Source: Macrostomum lignano
Lineage: Eukaryota
Assembly: GCA_002269645.1 (NCBI GenBank)
Contig: NIVC01001086.1
Coordinates: 25,030 to 89,029, forward strand
DNA: 64,000 bases
Direction: 5' to 3'
Shown here: one piece after another, positions 20,032 to 32,927 of the stretch
How positions within the stretch are numbered: the first letter of the stretch is position 1
Layout: the number at the start of each line of letters is the position of its first letter
The notes under the pieces: model-generated
What the model was told of the DNA's origin: nothing
Seen by the model: only the letters and a program-made list of their open reading frames with translations
Database searches by the model: none
Program-made: the position numbers and the translations under genes

Positions 20032-20452
20032 TGTAACGGTTTGGAAATTCTGTAATTCAAATCTAGTTTATTAACATGGTGTATTTTAACTTTATTCAAA
20101 TCCTTAGCTGTTTAGATTACGTGCGTAATTATTCTAGGGTTTTGATATTACGTATTTTGTTAATTTGGTTTCCGTTTCCAAGAAATGCGACTCATAATTT
20201 TAACATGTAAGTTCTAGTCTTTTTCTGTAAGCGTGTGGCAGCCTGGGACGTAGATCAACCTAGCATGTACGTGAGATACAATAATTATAATCAGAGCCGA
20301 TCACCAGTGTACGCATTCATACTAAGACAGTAAGATTTCTTATGCTCCGAGTATAGTAAATCGTCCAGGACTGACAGACGTATCTGCTGAACCATATACG
20401 TTGCTAATACTCTCTCTTCGCTAGTAATATTAAATATACCGGACTCGTTACA
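20032..20452 (+). repeat. 3' LTR
   Basis: Direct repeat of 12275-12695, preceded by the PPT. Confidence 0.97.
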
Positions 20453-20474
20453 CTAGCCACTGAGCTACATAGGC
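20453..20474 (-). pseudogene. 5' part (acceptor 5' strand, A box) of the split tRNA-Thr(AGT)
   Basis: The minus strand reads GCCTATGTAGCTCAGTGGCTAG immediately outside the 3' LTR. Confidence 0.92.
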
Positions 20475-20789
20475 GGCCGCCTATGGGCCTGCGATTGGCT
20501 AGTAATGTTCCTTGTGCAGATTACGGGGTTTGAAATACGCAACGGCTTGTTCTTTCACTGTTGCATTCTTTGTGTGCAAAATAGTCGAAAATTGCACATT
20601 CGTTTCGACTTTTCAGTCTTCTGACCGTCTTCTGTGCAAGCAATCTATCGAATCTTAACAGACGGGATCCTGCTTGCTATTTGCTCGCTGTGTAAGCATC
20701 GAAACCAACTCCAGCCATGTGGCATGTCTCTTTGAATAGCTGGACACTAGTGTTAAAGAGGCGGTTCAAGGCTCAATGATCAAAGCGAG

Positions 20790-22150
20790 GGGTTCTATGA
20801 GAAGCGGGGCATTCCATGAGAATCGGGGGGTTCCGTGAGAAGCGGGGGTTCCTTGAGAAGGGGGGGTTCCATGAGAAGCGGTTGGTTCCATGAGAAGTGG
20901 TTGGTTCCATGAGAAGGGAAGGTTCCTTGAGAAGCGGGGTTTCCATGTGAAACGGGGGGTTCCATGAGAAGCGGGGGTTCCATGAGAAGCGGTTGGTTCC
21001 ATGAGAAGTGGTTGGTTCCATGAGAAGCGGTTGGTTCCATAAGAAGTGTTTGGTTCCATGAGAAGGGGAGGTTCCGTGAGAAGCGGGGGTTCCATGTGAA
21101 ACGGGGGGTTCCATGAGAAGCGGTTGGTTCCATGAGAAGCGGTTGGTTCCATGAGAAGTGGTTGGTTCCATGAGAAGCGGTTGGTTCCATGAGAAGTGGT
21201 TGGTTCCATGAGAAGGGGAGGTTCCGTGAGAAGCGGGGGTTCCATGTGAAACGGGGGGTTCCATGAGAAGCGGTTGGTTCCATGAGAAGTGGTTGGTTCC
21301 ATGAGAAGGGGAGGTTCCGTGAGAAGCGGGGGTTCCATGTGAAACGGGGGGTTCCATGAGAAGTGGTTGGTTCCATGAGAAGTGGTTGGTTCCATGAGAA
21401 GTGGTTGGTTCCATGAGAAGCGGTTGGTTCCATGAGAAGCGGTTGGTTCCATGAGAAGTGGTTGGTTCCATGAGAAGCGGTTGGTTCCATGAGAAGTGGT
21501 TGGTTCCATGAGAAGTGGTTGGTTCCATGAGAAGTGGTTGGTTCCATGAGAAGGGGAGGTTCCGTGAGAAGCGGGGATTCCATGTGAAACGGGGGGTTCC
21601 ATGAGAAGCGGTTGGTTCCATGAGAAGTGGTTGGTTCCATGAGAAGCGGTTGGTTCCATGAGAAGTGGTTGGTTCCATGAGAAGTGGTTGGTTCCATGAG
21701 AAGGGGAGGTTCCTTGAGAAGCGGGGTTTCCATGTGAAACGGTGGGGTTTCTTGAAAAGCGGTTGGTTTCATGAAAAGCGGGGGTTCCTTGAGACCGGGG
21801 TTCCATGAGAAGCGGTTGGTTCCATGAGAAGTGGTTGGTTCTATGAGAAGGGGAGGTTCCGTGAGAAGCGGGGTTTCCACGTGAAACGGGGGGTTCCATG
21901 AGAAGCGGGGGTTCCATGAGAAGCGGTTGGTTCCATGAGAAGTGGTTGGTTCTATGAGAAGGGGAGGTTCCGTGAGAAGCGGGGGTTCCTTGAGAAGCGG
22001 GGTTTCCATGTGAAACGGTGGGGTTTCTTGAAAAGCGGTTGGTTCCATGAAAAGCGGGGGTTCCTTGAGAAACGAGGGTTCCATCCCATGAGAAGCCGGG
22101 GGGTTTCATGAGAAGTGGGGGTTCCTTGAGAAACAGGGGTTCCTTGAAAA
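20790..22150. repeat. Compound 18-19-bp minisatellite (GGTTCCATGAGAAG[C/T]GGTT and variants)
   Basis: Dozens of units with recurring higher-order blocks. Confidence 0.93.
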
Positions 22151-22974
22151 GCGATGGGGCCTTTGAAGCGGTGGTTGGGTCATAATAGTGTCATGTATAA
22201 GAAATAATTGTATTCGAACTATTTAACTGATTTTATTTTGCTCAGGTCTGCTAATTCAATTGTCAATATTTTCACAACAGGCCCCTGCAATGCCTGCCTA
22301 AACATTAACCCTACTATGTACCTAGCCAAACCAATATTGTACCACCACCTGCAGCTTTGGGGTATTGCTGCAAAAATTCTAGAATAGCACAGGAGTCGTG
22401 CAATTTAGGTACAAACACATCCTCCTTTGACGCTTGACTTTCTGTTCACGCAATGTTGCTAAACGCCATTTTTATTGTCAAGTGTTTTTGTTCAAAGTTG
22501 TTCAACGCAGTTACAAAGCATGCTCGAGATGACACAATATTCTAGGCGATCATTCATCCATAGCTAAGTTTGAGCTCCGGGGAAATTGAATTGCTCTATG
22601 CATGAGGCTTAGCAATCAAGCAAAATATTCAAAGTACAAAGTGAAAGCTGGCGTACAATATGGTTTTCATTGTTTAATAGGTCACGTTACTGGAAGCTGA
22701 GCCAATGTGTCAGACACTGCACTGAGGCGCAACTACTAAATGGCAAAAATACAAATCGAGTGTACGAGCTACCAATTAAAACCAGATAAAAAATTGTGAA
22801 AGAAATACGAGCAGTAATTGTAATTAATTAAATTTCGGTTATTCATTTTGCCTTTTGTCTGGGGTCTGGGGTTATCAGTTCTCTCGGTCGGCGCGTGGCG
22901 TTCGTTCGCGACCTGGCCTTGAGACGCGCCCTGTGACGCTAACTGGATATTTTGTTATTGTTGGCGTTCTCATC

Positions 22975-23455
22975 TGAGGAATGGGGAGGATGGGACTGAT
23001 GGTCTCTCACCTGAGGGCTGGGGATGATGGGACTGGTGTTCTCTCACCTGAGGACTGGCGAGGCTGGGACTGGTGTTCTCTCACCTGAGGACTGGCGAGG
23101 ATGGGACTGATGGTCTCTCACCTGAGGACTGGCGAGGATGGGACTGATGGTCTCTCACCTGAGGACTGGCGAGGATGGGACTGATGGTCTCTCACCTGAG
23201 GACTGGCGAGGATGGGACTGATGGTCCCTCACCTGAGGACTGGCGAGGATGGGACTGATGGTCTCTCACCTGAAGACTGGGGAGGCTGGGACTGGTGTTC
23301 TCTCACCTGAGGACTGGCGAGGATGGGACTGATAGTCTCTCACCTGAGGACTGGGGAGGATGGGACTGATAGTCTCTCACCTGAGGACTGGGGAGGATGG
23401 GACTGATGGTCTCTCACCCGAGGACTGGCGAGGATGAGACTGATGGTCTCTCACT
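22975..23455. repeat. 37-bp tandem repeat, ~12-13 units (ATGGGACTGATGGTCTCTCACCTGAGGACTGGCGAGG)
   Basis: Head-to-tail units with no spacers. Confidence 0.95.
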
Positions 23456-23690
23456 TGGGCATTATGAATCAAGATCCGAATATACTCTTGACAAAAAAGT
23501 TTGAAAGGCAAGACACACGACACCCGTGCACGCTCGTACGATACCTAAAATTGAAGCACAAGCAAGCTGAAAACAAACCCTTAGTTACTAACAAGCCCCG
23601 TGAATCGTGTACCCTTCTGATGCAAAGCCAGTTCTCAAAATGCACTCAGCGGAGGTTTGGGAGTGAAAATTGGGTCGTCAATTCACTGGA

Positions 23691-26600
23691 TTACAGCTGA
23701 GTTTCCCGGTTGTACAGTACCGCACATGTCGGCCCACCGTCTTCGGCGACTCCGTCACCTGGGCGCTTTGCCCGACGTCGCCCTGGCGGTCGCTGTTGCA
23801 TCACTTTCGAACCTGGCATCGGTACTGGCAGCAGCGGCGACGTAGGCCGCGGCGGAGGGGGCGGCGACTCCGCTGCCTGGGCGGAGATCATTCCGGCGTC
23901 ACTGTTGGTGCCATCGAACCGGTTGCCGTAGGCACATCCAGTGTGGCCCAAGCTGCCTGCTGGTAGCGGCTGAGGAGGCGCTGCAGTGGGCGACATCAGC
24001 GGCATAGTTGACGCGTCGGGAAGCGGTGAGGCGGCAAGTGGCGGTGACTGAAGCTCTGTCCAGGGGTTCCCTGCTGAGCTGTTCTCAAAGTCGCGCCTCT
24101 GCCGCCGCCACTGGTGCGACTCTTGCAGCCGGGGCTGCTGATAGACATTCGGGTTTCTGCTGTGGTCAAAGTGGTTACCGAGCTTTCGGCTGCTGGCCAA
24201 CAGGGCGAGCCGAGCCGGGTCGTTGGTTGCCCGCTCGGGGCTGTCGTGTGGGTCGCAGTGGTTCCCAGGAGCTGCCTCGGATCTGCCTCGGAGTTGCGAC
24301 CTCTTCTGAGGCTGCTCCATTTTTAGTTCGATGGTGACGCCCCCGGCTAGGCGGCTCATCTTCCTCAATGCCGAGCGCATGTAGTAGGAAACTACTATGA
24401 GTAATATCTCGGCGAATTCGCACAGGGTGACCATAGAAACACCGATCCATAGTCCTGTGGGTTGTGTTCAGACAGGCTATGCTAATACTCGTCGAAAATT
24501 GGCTTTCCTGCAAAGTTACCCCAGACTCACCCATGATGCCACCGAGATCGGAAAACAAATTGACCAGCTCGTAGCTTCTCTCTTCAAACAGCTGTCGCAC
24601 CGTGAGCGTCTTTGGATAAACCCTGAGCTGCAGGAAGCTCTGACGAACAATGTCGTGCACGCGTTTGCACAGGGTGTCATTGTGGAACACGTTCAGCTTG
24701 GGATTCAGCTCGTCCTCCAGGCACTGGTGCAGATCGACGTTGTGAAGTGCGATTGAGTGATTGAGAGCGTGGTTTTGGCCCTGTTGTGAGTAAAAAAGGA
24801 TCAAACAATGGACTGTCAAATGAATAGAAACTTTTATTTTTTCCAGAGATTTTAAAATTCAATCGCGAATACCTTAAGAAGCTTTTTTAACACGTCCAGC
24901 CTGCCCTGAATCATCCTGGCGATGCGGGCCAGCCGAATCCTGGCTCCGCGAATGTCGAAGCCGAGGTCCGGCCAGCGGCTCTGGAACACTGAGAAGTCGT
25001 ACGTAGTGTAGTTGCAGATGTTCAGGCACACCGACTGCTGCCGGCCGGACTTCAGCTTGGGTAGGGCGCATTTCATCCGCCCGACTCGCTGACGAATGCT
25101 TGGAAATGTGTTCAGAAGTCTATCCGAGAGTTTCCTCAGCAGATCTCTATTCTTCTCCGAGGCATTTGTGTACCTTTCTGATCGGATCACTCCTCTCTCC
25201 ACCATTGCGTAGTTGTGCTCCTGCTGATCTTTCTCGAGGAACTGCATCACCTCGTCAAGCAGTTTGAGCATCTTCTTTGGCTCCTGAGCCCCGAGGATGT
25301 CATTGCAGTAGTTTCTTTCCGGCTTGTCGCCCAGCTTGACCTTCAGCACGCCCTCTATGGTGCAGTGACAGTCGGTTCGAACACCGCTCATATGCTCGAA
25401 GGTTGTGCAGTCGGCCAGCTGATTCTCGTACGCCTGTGTCTTGCTGCAGGAAGGCAAGTTGAATGGGATGCTTTTGTGGCCTATACGAGCGTAAAGTGCT
25501 AATTTGGGATAGCAAGCAAGTATACAGACAGATAGAGACCATGGCAGATGGGAGTCTGTACAGACAGTGACGTGAAACAGACGGATTACATGGCTAGAGA
25601 CTCTGCTCTGTATTCTTATTAAAAAGAAATCAATATCGTGCGACGAAGAGTACTTGAGCATATAAAACATTGGAGCCTGGCAGTTTGTCACACGTGAGTC
25701 ATTTATTACGTAACACGGAACTCTCAAATCACCTGTCACCAAAGCGTCTGTACCTGCATTGCAATCCAATAGGCAAATTTCATCTCACGAGCCTGGGGGA
25801 GGGGTAAGATGGCGAAACGAAAAGCAAAAAGTTGGCAAAGCACTCCTCGCCGGTCCTCCCAGTCCCCATGAATAAGAAATGCCACCCTGAGACCGAAAAC
25901 CAGGGAATAAGGACGGAAGAAACAGGGACGACTCTGCAAAGTTCTCCCAGTCGATTTCTCCTGCCTTGATACGCGATTTTTACTAACACTGCAGAAGAAG
26001 AAAAGATGCAAACTTGAGTCTAAAGGCGGTCCCTCGGGACGGACTTGGCGAGTCAATTTGGCGCAAACAAGCTTAACCATGACGAACCCGATGCAGCGGC
26101 CTGGTGAGCTGCACCTTCTTCTTTATGCCCAAAGCAAAAAACTACATGAGCACCCAATCTGGGCAGGGAAGAGCGATGAATTCAGGGCAGGGAAGGTGAG
26201 AAAATTGATTGAAATTTGCTGCGATGCCGCTGCAGTTGAAAGAGGATCGAGTAGGACTGGTTGTCCCACCGCCTGGGGTTAGTTCTTGTGATACAATCAG
26301 AATCGGGGCAAAGAAACTCGAAGATGATTACGTTTGCCTGGCGGTTGTCGCAGCTGTCTCAGCTGTTTTTCAGCTCCTCACCCCTTCTCTACTCTTCTGC
26401 GTATTTTTTGAGTTGTTTTCTTAACATCCGTTGCTCCTCTTTCGCCTCTCAAATACTTTAGCCCAAGAGGCGGGTTTTGCTTGATCAGCCGCTCCTACGA
26501 CGTAATTAACTGAGATTGGACCCAGTGCCTGAATAGGAGGATCGATGTGGCGTTTCAGATGCAGAGAGACGACCGTTTAAATGTGTGGGAAGCCAATGCC

Positions 26601-29600
26601 TGTTGAAGTTCGGCCTGTAAAAATGCGACGGCTCCACATTGCTTTAAGGAGCCGTAAAGGGTGAGCTTTGGAGCCAGTAGTGACTATCCAGCCATACGCT
26701 CGTATTGATTTAAACTTTGATTGGGTTTTTGTTCTCGGTAATTTTGTCTAAAACAAATAAAACACTACAAGGTTACGGAAAAATGTTGGAAATGTTTCAT
26801 TAACATGAATTTTTAACATCGGATTACATAGCATGATATCTCAGCTGTTTCACTCACTTGAGCACGTGATCAAAGGCGTTGAACTTGTCTCGCGGTTCGC
26901 ATCGCTTTGTCGGAGTGTTTGCCAGACTGGTCTGCACCTGGTTCAGCGCCAGAACGGTCTGCATCCCGCTGGGAGAATTGATGCCGTACTCGCTCGGGTA
27001 GGGTATCGTGTCCTGAAATATGTTGAAAAGTATACCAGGTTGTGCTGAGAGTATACCAGAAGTTTCTGAGAGGCGTTGAGTCAGTCAATGTAGGAGCAAA
27101 CTTTGTTCGATTGGGTGAACGTCGATTTGTCCTGAACTGTCATAGGAACTGTCATAGGGTGTTACGGTCATTGCACCTGCAATTTGTAACTGTTGAGTGA
27201 CTGAAACTTTACAATGCTGGCCAACGTAAAATTTGCTCCTATGCAGCGGGATCCCCAATAGTGGACGCTGATCCCCGGACGCTGATCTCCAGAATTAAAA
27301 ATCCCCCAAGTGCAACCAGCCGCAAAAAAAGAGATTACGCCCGGGAACTTAAAAGACAAAATTTCGAACTTCACAACCAGTTTATAGCCTGGAATGAAAT
27401 CATCCTTGGCTCCGATTCAATTTAAAAACGGGATTGCCCCAAATCCGTAAAAATCGCCCAGGGAAATCGCGGAGAGTGATGCTTTCTCATTTTCCTGTCG
27501 AACTCCTGGCCAACGCGGCCTGCAGCTCGCTACACACGGGGAAGATAATTTCCCACCGCAGTTCGCCTCCTCTGAAATCCTCATCAACTCTCCGCACTGG
27601 CCGGTGTAATTGCGAACTGACCCCCCTCCCGCCCGATTTCGTCAGCCCCAGGGTTGCGTGAACCGCCCGCCTGCCTGCCGGGGGAACTTTCCGGCCAAGC
27701 TGCCAATTAGGATAAATTTATTAAAGCTTCCCTGCCGAAGGCAACTGCTGGCTCACAATCCATCAATTGGCGCATCTGCCTTGTGTCGGCTATTTGCTGC
27801 CAAGCCCGAGAGAGAGACAGGTGAGACGCCAGTCCGCCATCCCGGCACGCAACGGACAGGTTTCTACTGGGTGCGTTGGAATTTCTGTTAACTAGCTGGT
27901 TAATCGTAGCTGCGGCAATCACGCCATTAGTTTCGGCTTGTTTGCGCAATCATACCATATAAGTTTATTCAGCCAACCTGCAGCATTGCGCTGACCGTAA
28001 GCCGAGGAACAACCCTATCTACCGAGTGACAACCCAATCTGTCGAAGGACAACTGGATCTGTCTAATGATTACCTGTGCGAGCATTAAATACCAGGTAGC
28101 TTTGAGCAGCTGTCAAAGAATAGCAGCAACTACAAAAACAACAAGATACAACTCGCGCCAGGAACGAGTGGCCACAGAGAGGGGGAGGTGTCAGAATGCT
28201 CGCCTTTGGGCCGCACTCCTAAAAAAGTCAGCTCCCCAGTCAGAGTCAGAACGGGGGCTCGCGCCTCCCTCAGAAGCAGCTCGAGGTAGCGCTTCGTTTG
28301 CCTTTGGCCTCGTCTCCGTGGGCCCTGCGCCGTCCACAATAGTAGGTCGTGTAACGGCTCGCGACAGGGACTCTCCGACCGCATGACGTGGCCAGCCAGC
28401 CTGAGTCAGAGGGCTACGTTAGACGGGCTCTACCCTAGCGTGGCCTCCAGCTGCATCTCCAGAGCATCCGTCAGGGTCCAGGTCCCAGCATTGTAGAGCA
28501 GAACAACCTCGACGACTGCCCCAAGCAGCTGAGACCTGGTTCTGTCATCCAGAGCCTCAGATCGCAGCACCGAGTGCACCTACAAGCTAGCGTAAGGCAG
28601 CCCAGGATCGAAATCGCTCAAATCGAGCATATTTGAATTGTTTTCAGATTTATGAGCTAGCAAAAAGGTGCTTGATTCCCTATGCAAGTCTATGCTGTCG
28701 AGTACACAAAAAACTCAGTCTGCAGTTGCCCGCACTCCGCACTCGGTCCCCAAAGCCAAACCCTAGAAAACTTGGATTTCTCAATAATCCACCGGCTCAA
28801 TAGATAAATGAAGCTATTGGCCGCTAAGTTTAAACAAATACAGTTTTTCGACATCATTTTTTAGACAAGATTTGTGTGGCCCAAGGGACCAACAGCAAGT
28901 GTCGGAGAGAAGCCACGGGCTTAACAGATGCGGCCGTCATAAATCATTCAGGAGCCACTTCTAACAATCAATCCAGCCAAAGTGTGGAGTGCTTCACTTG
29001 ATAATATCGCCCAGGAATAGCTCTATCTTCCCGCTCGTGCTAAAGCAAGTTTGGAAACAGTATAGAGCCTAGCGATTGAAAATTTATGGATCCCCATTAA
29101 AAATCAACTCGCTCCTCTGCACCCGACAGTTGCTAATCCTTGATCTGTCGGTGGACAAACCCGGTAGGGGGATTTTCCGTCTGACAGAGAAGAATTAGTG
29201 GGAGGAGCTTCGGAGAAAAATCGCTCATAAGCTGTCTGGCACGCGGGAGCTGACGGATTACACAGTTTGCTCAGCGGGCGATCAGCTCGCCCCGCCCTCC
29301 CAGGCCGAGACGGGGCGCTCAGAGGCGGAGCGGGACACCCCACTGACAGGAAGGTAAACAATGTTGAACCACTTGTCCTATTTCTCAATTTTTACTGCAA
29401 AAAGTTACCCGAGCAAACCCAGAAGCTGAGGAACACCTGGGGAATTATAGAAGCCTGAACTAGATTTTCGCATCGTGCGATCCCAGTTGGTGCACGTTCC
29501 ATCCTGATGCAAAGCTGATGGACAAACCAAGTGGCCTGTGGTAGCTGCACCTCTCAGACTATGGTTTATTCTGGATTCCCTTTGATTGGGATCCTCAATG

Positions 29601-32600
29601 CAACATGTGGACGACATCTGAATCAGACAGAACGTCCGGCTCTATACTTCACTGGAATAAGTCTGGGAATAATACCATTAGAGTTTTCTGATGGCATCTG
29701 GGCAGCCGTTTCTGGCGCCTGTCTATTTCGCGTACTTTTCAGCAATAATTTATGCAGAAATATGTTGAGACAGATTCGGAAGCAACAATCACGTGATGGC
29801 CTGGAAGCGTCTGGCGATTGCTGACACCCCAAGATCCCATCGGATGAACTAAATCAGATTGCAGTGACATGTTGCACCTCAGCAACACCTCAGACCTCCC
29901 TTGTGCACTTTTCAGAGCTATCTTACCCATGGAATGATGCTCCAGTACCCACAGCCACATTATAAAGATCGAACGTATACGAGCGTACTGTCCCTAAAAT
30001 TCAGCCACATAAGTTTTTCTCTGTGGTAAGTTTTTAGAAACTGTAAAGCCCTAGCATGTCACTGGTTTGTTTTTAAATTTCAACCCGGGAACTATTGGGC
30101 GTCAAGGATCTGTTCTATACCCTGTTTAATGCAGCGGGGAAGTCTTACCGAACAGAAAAGTGACTGCTCGCTGTTCCGTTGGCATCGTTTTAAGCAGGCT
30201 ACTCTACAGTCGCTGAGGTGAGAGAGTCAGGTAGGCCCCTTATAGTGACCCAGTGCTCAGTCAGCTGCCATTTTACTGCATATCCCCCGCTCTCTCCCGG
30301 TTAAAACTCAAGGCGCTGACAGCCCCAATTCGTGAGGAACTCTTAAGAGGTCGATAGTGGACGACTTATTTTCAAGATGCATCCCTTCCACACTGGCCAA
30401 CAGCAGTGACCTCGAGATTTTTTACGATAAATGAATTTGAACGGTGATAGCAAATCCCCTGGCCTTCTCGTAGTAATTTTCCGTAATGAGGATTTCGGAA
30501 GAAATTTCCTCCTCTTCAATATAATGATACCGGTAAGAGCCGAATTGCCGGTCCCTCGGGGCAGCAGCCGCACCCGGCTGGTGTACTTGCTTCCTTTTTG
30601 GCTTTGCATCGTTCCGCTGCTGCAATACCGATTCCTTCGATGCCAAATAGGCGGTGCAATCTATAGGAATTGCTTCTGGGTCGGGTTTGATTTCCCGTAC
30701 TTTGCAAAAGCCGCCGATGCCCTCGGCCCGCTAGGCTGCTCCTCTTGCATTCCGTGACCATTAGCTTTGGGATAATGAAAGCTAGCACTCACCCTCTCCT
30801 ACACCCTGCTGCATTCCCCTCACACAACGGGAGGCAAACATGCTTAAAACCAAGAGCAACCGAGCCGCTCGGGCTTCAAAGAGGCCTCCTCCGACCGTCA
30901 GTGCAAGACAAACAGAGCAGAAGCGGAGCTGGACTTGAGGCAAAGAAGTGGCCCCCCGGGAGAACTTGCGAAAGGCATCACTGCAAACAGACGCAGCACA
31001 CTTGACTTTGAGTGTCATGCGAGGCAACTACAGAAGACCACTGACCTGAAAATTTGCAAGGAAGTCGCACGAATACTAAGACTGCGGCGCGGTGTTTGAC
31101 GTCCTTTAATGAGAAAACCTGGCACAAATTCTTTCTCAAATTCAGGTATAAATACCAGTCATTCAGACACAAGTAAATCGATAGTTGAAAGCCTAAAATT
31201 TCCTAATTTTTGAGTTTTATCAATATGTTTGATAAAACTCAAAGTAAAAAACTATACTTTGATAGAAAATTTGAGTAGCGGAAAATACGTCCTCTCCAAT
31301 CCAAGCAATTTCCTGCATCTCCTAGAAATGCAGGAAGCTTCCTAATGAGTTGCCCCCCTGCTATGCGATGATGTTTCCTGCCGAGCACGTACTCAGTGCC
31401 TGAAAAACTAATAGTCAAATTTTAATTTCAACTTATTCTAGTCATTAGTAAAAGCAGTTGCGGGCTTAGCTATCTCTTCTATCAGGGAGACTTCTAAAAG
31501 ATAAGCGAAAAAAATAAGTGAAACAGTGCGACATCACAGTACCGCTGTCACTAAAGCCGCCTGCCATTCACATCAATGACAGCAGCTTTAAAGTGTAAAG
31601 CGGCGGAAGCGGCAGCTGAGCCACACGAACTCTCAGCTCTGCATAGCAGCAACCCATCAACTGCAGCTGGGCAAAGCAGTGCACTTCTCCGTCTCCACTA
31701 AGTCAAATGCGCAGAAGTGGCCCCAAAATGAGAGTTGGCCGCATTGAGACCGCCGAGACCTGATCTCCCCTGTCAGCCTTAACAACTTCGCTCCGCCTAA
31801 CTAGACGGATGGCCAGCCTGTGCTCTTGTCCGAAAATGCAAATTGATGTTCGCGCGCCCGCTGTGAGAATTTCTGGCCGCGGGCCCGGAGATAATCGGCC
31901 GAATTGCCAATGCCAGTAATGGGTGTTTTCCTCTCCCTTGAGCTAATTGCCTCATTGACTCCAACAGATTCGCAATCAGTTCGCTCAGCAGCGGCTGATA
32001 CCAGCAAAGTGTCAAGAATTCCCTCTCACAGTTGAGCAAGTGAAACACATTTTTTTAACTCACCTCCTGGTGCACAACGACTCTTAGACCGCCAGTCTCG
32101 AGGCCCGTAGTGACCGTGTCACTGTAGAAATCATTATTCTGGATGATGTCCACACTTGGGCTGTATAGAACCAGCACTAGGCCCTTTTCCACACCGCTTG
32201 ATTTCATATATCTGTTGCTGGCCTTGAAGGAGAAGCAATTGCCATAGTCTCTGTGGTAGAATACTGTGAAGTTCTCCTCGGAGCAGGGTTCCTGGTTGTA
32301 CTGGCAGTACACCAGCATGTCCAGGATCCGTGCGCTCACTTGGGTCATGTTAAATATCGGCCAGGTGTGCACGGCGTGCTCGAAACCTGAGTAGGCCAAC
32401 TTCATCGCCCTCACGCGACTGTCCTCAGGCTTGTCTTCGTTTCTTGCAAAGCTGTAGCCGAGAATGAAGTTCAAAGCGAAATAGTTTTTTATCATTTTGT
32501 TTCCGCTGTAAAGCTGCTGGGACGACATTGTGAAGAACTTCTTCATGAGAGGATCGCAGAATGTCACATCTGGGAATGAAAATCGATTAGTGAGCAAGCG

Positions 32601-32927
32601 TGTTGTGCTGGACACGGGGTAGTCACGGAACAGGCTGATCTGCTTGTACGTGTGCATGGTGAGGCCGGTCAATGCGCCGAGCACCACCAGGCACCACAGC
32701 ATCCGTAACCATGGTATTTGCTGAGAAAAGAAGCGACCGAGTCCGTGAGCCGAAGTCTTGTGCGCGAATGTGTGCACATTGGCGTAGAGCAGCCGCCGGC
32801 GGTACCGGCTTTGGTAGGCGGCCTGCTGTTTCTCGTTCACGTCCACAGACTCTTGGGCTAACGCAGCCTCCAGACTCGAGTGGCCTGTCGAAGAACCAAT
32901 GCCTTTCTTGAACTGGCCGTCCTCCAT
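23691..32927 (-). CDS. DEG/ENaC (ASIC/FaNaC-like) amiloride-sensitive sodium channel subunit; 5 coding exons, ~867 aa
   Basis: Exons 32927-32064 (TSAHG motif, TM1, FPDVTFC, YGNCFSF, GLRVVVH), 27012-26858 (DTIPYPSEYG...), 25443-24873 (DCHC...CLNICNYTTY..SRWP), 24780-24531 (LRVYPKTL...YELVNLFSDLGGIM) and 24454-23691 (GLWIGVSMVTLCEF TM2 plus a long tail). GT-AG introns with phases 0/2/0/1 are consistent. Confidence 0.92.
28255..28585 (-). mobile_element. Decayed RTE-clade LINE 3' fragment in intron 1 of the channel gene
   Basis: The minus strand encodes AVVEVVLLYNAGTWTLT and RLAGHVMR...EPLHDLLLW...GPRRRGQ..KRY, typical of the RTE ORF C-terminus, with a stop and deletion between them. Confidence 0.75.

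Larger units (their letters stand above)
12275..20452 (+). mobile_element. Full-length Ty3/Gypsy LTR retrotransposon (8178 bp), recently inserted
   Basis: Two 421-bp LTRs (TGTAACG...CGTTACA) with no difference seen by eye, 4-bp TSD CTAG (12271-12274, 20453-20456), PBS, PPT, and gag-PR-RT-RH-INT domain order. Confidence 0.98.

Noticed and set aside
20766-22109. 300-447-aa minus-strand ORFs (MEPTTSHGTN...)
   Set aside because: All three frames are open because the minisatellite lacks stops.
22305-22330. TTAACCCT, a piggyBac-like left end
   Set aside because: No matching AGGGTTAA right end was found nearby.
22975-23455. 37-bp repeats of CRISPR-like length
   Set aside because: Head-to-tail with no unique spacers, no cas genes, and a eukaryotic context.
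25444-25769. N-terminal third of ORF 24852-25769
   Set aside because: Intronic read-through; a phase-2 acceptor at 25444-25445 fits the upstream exon.
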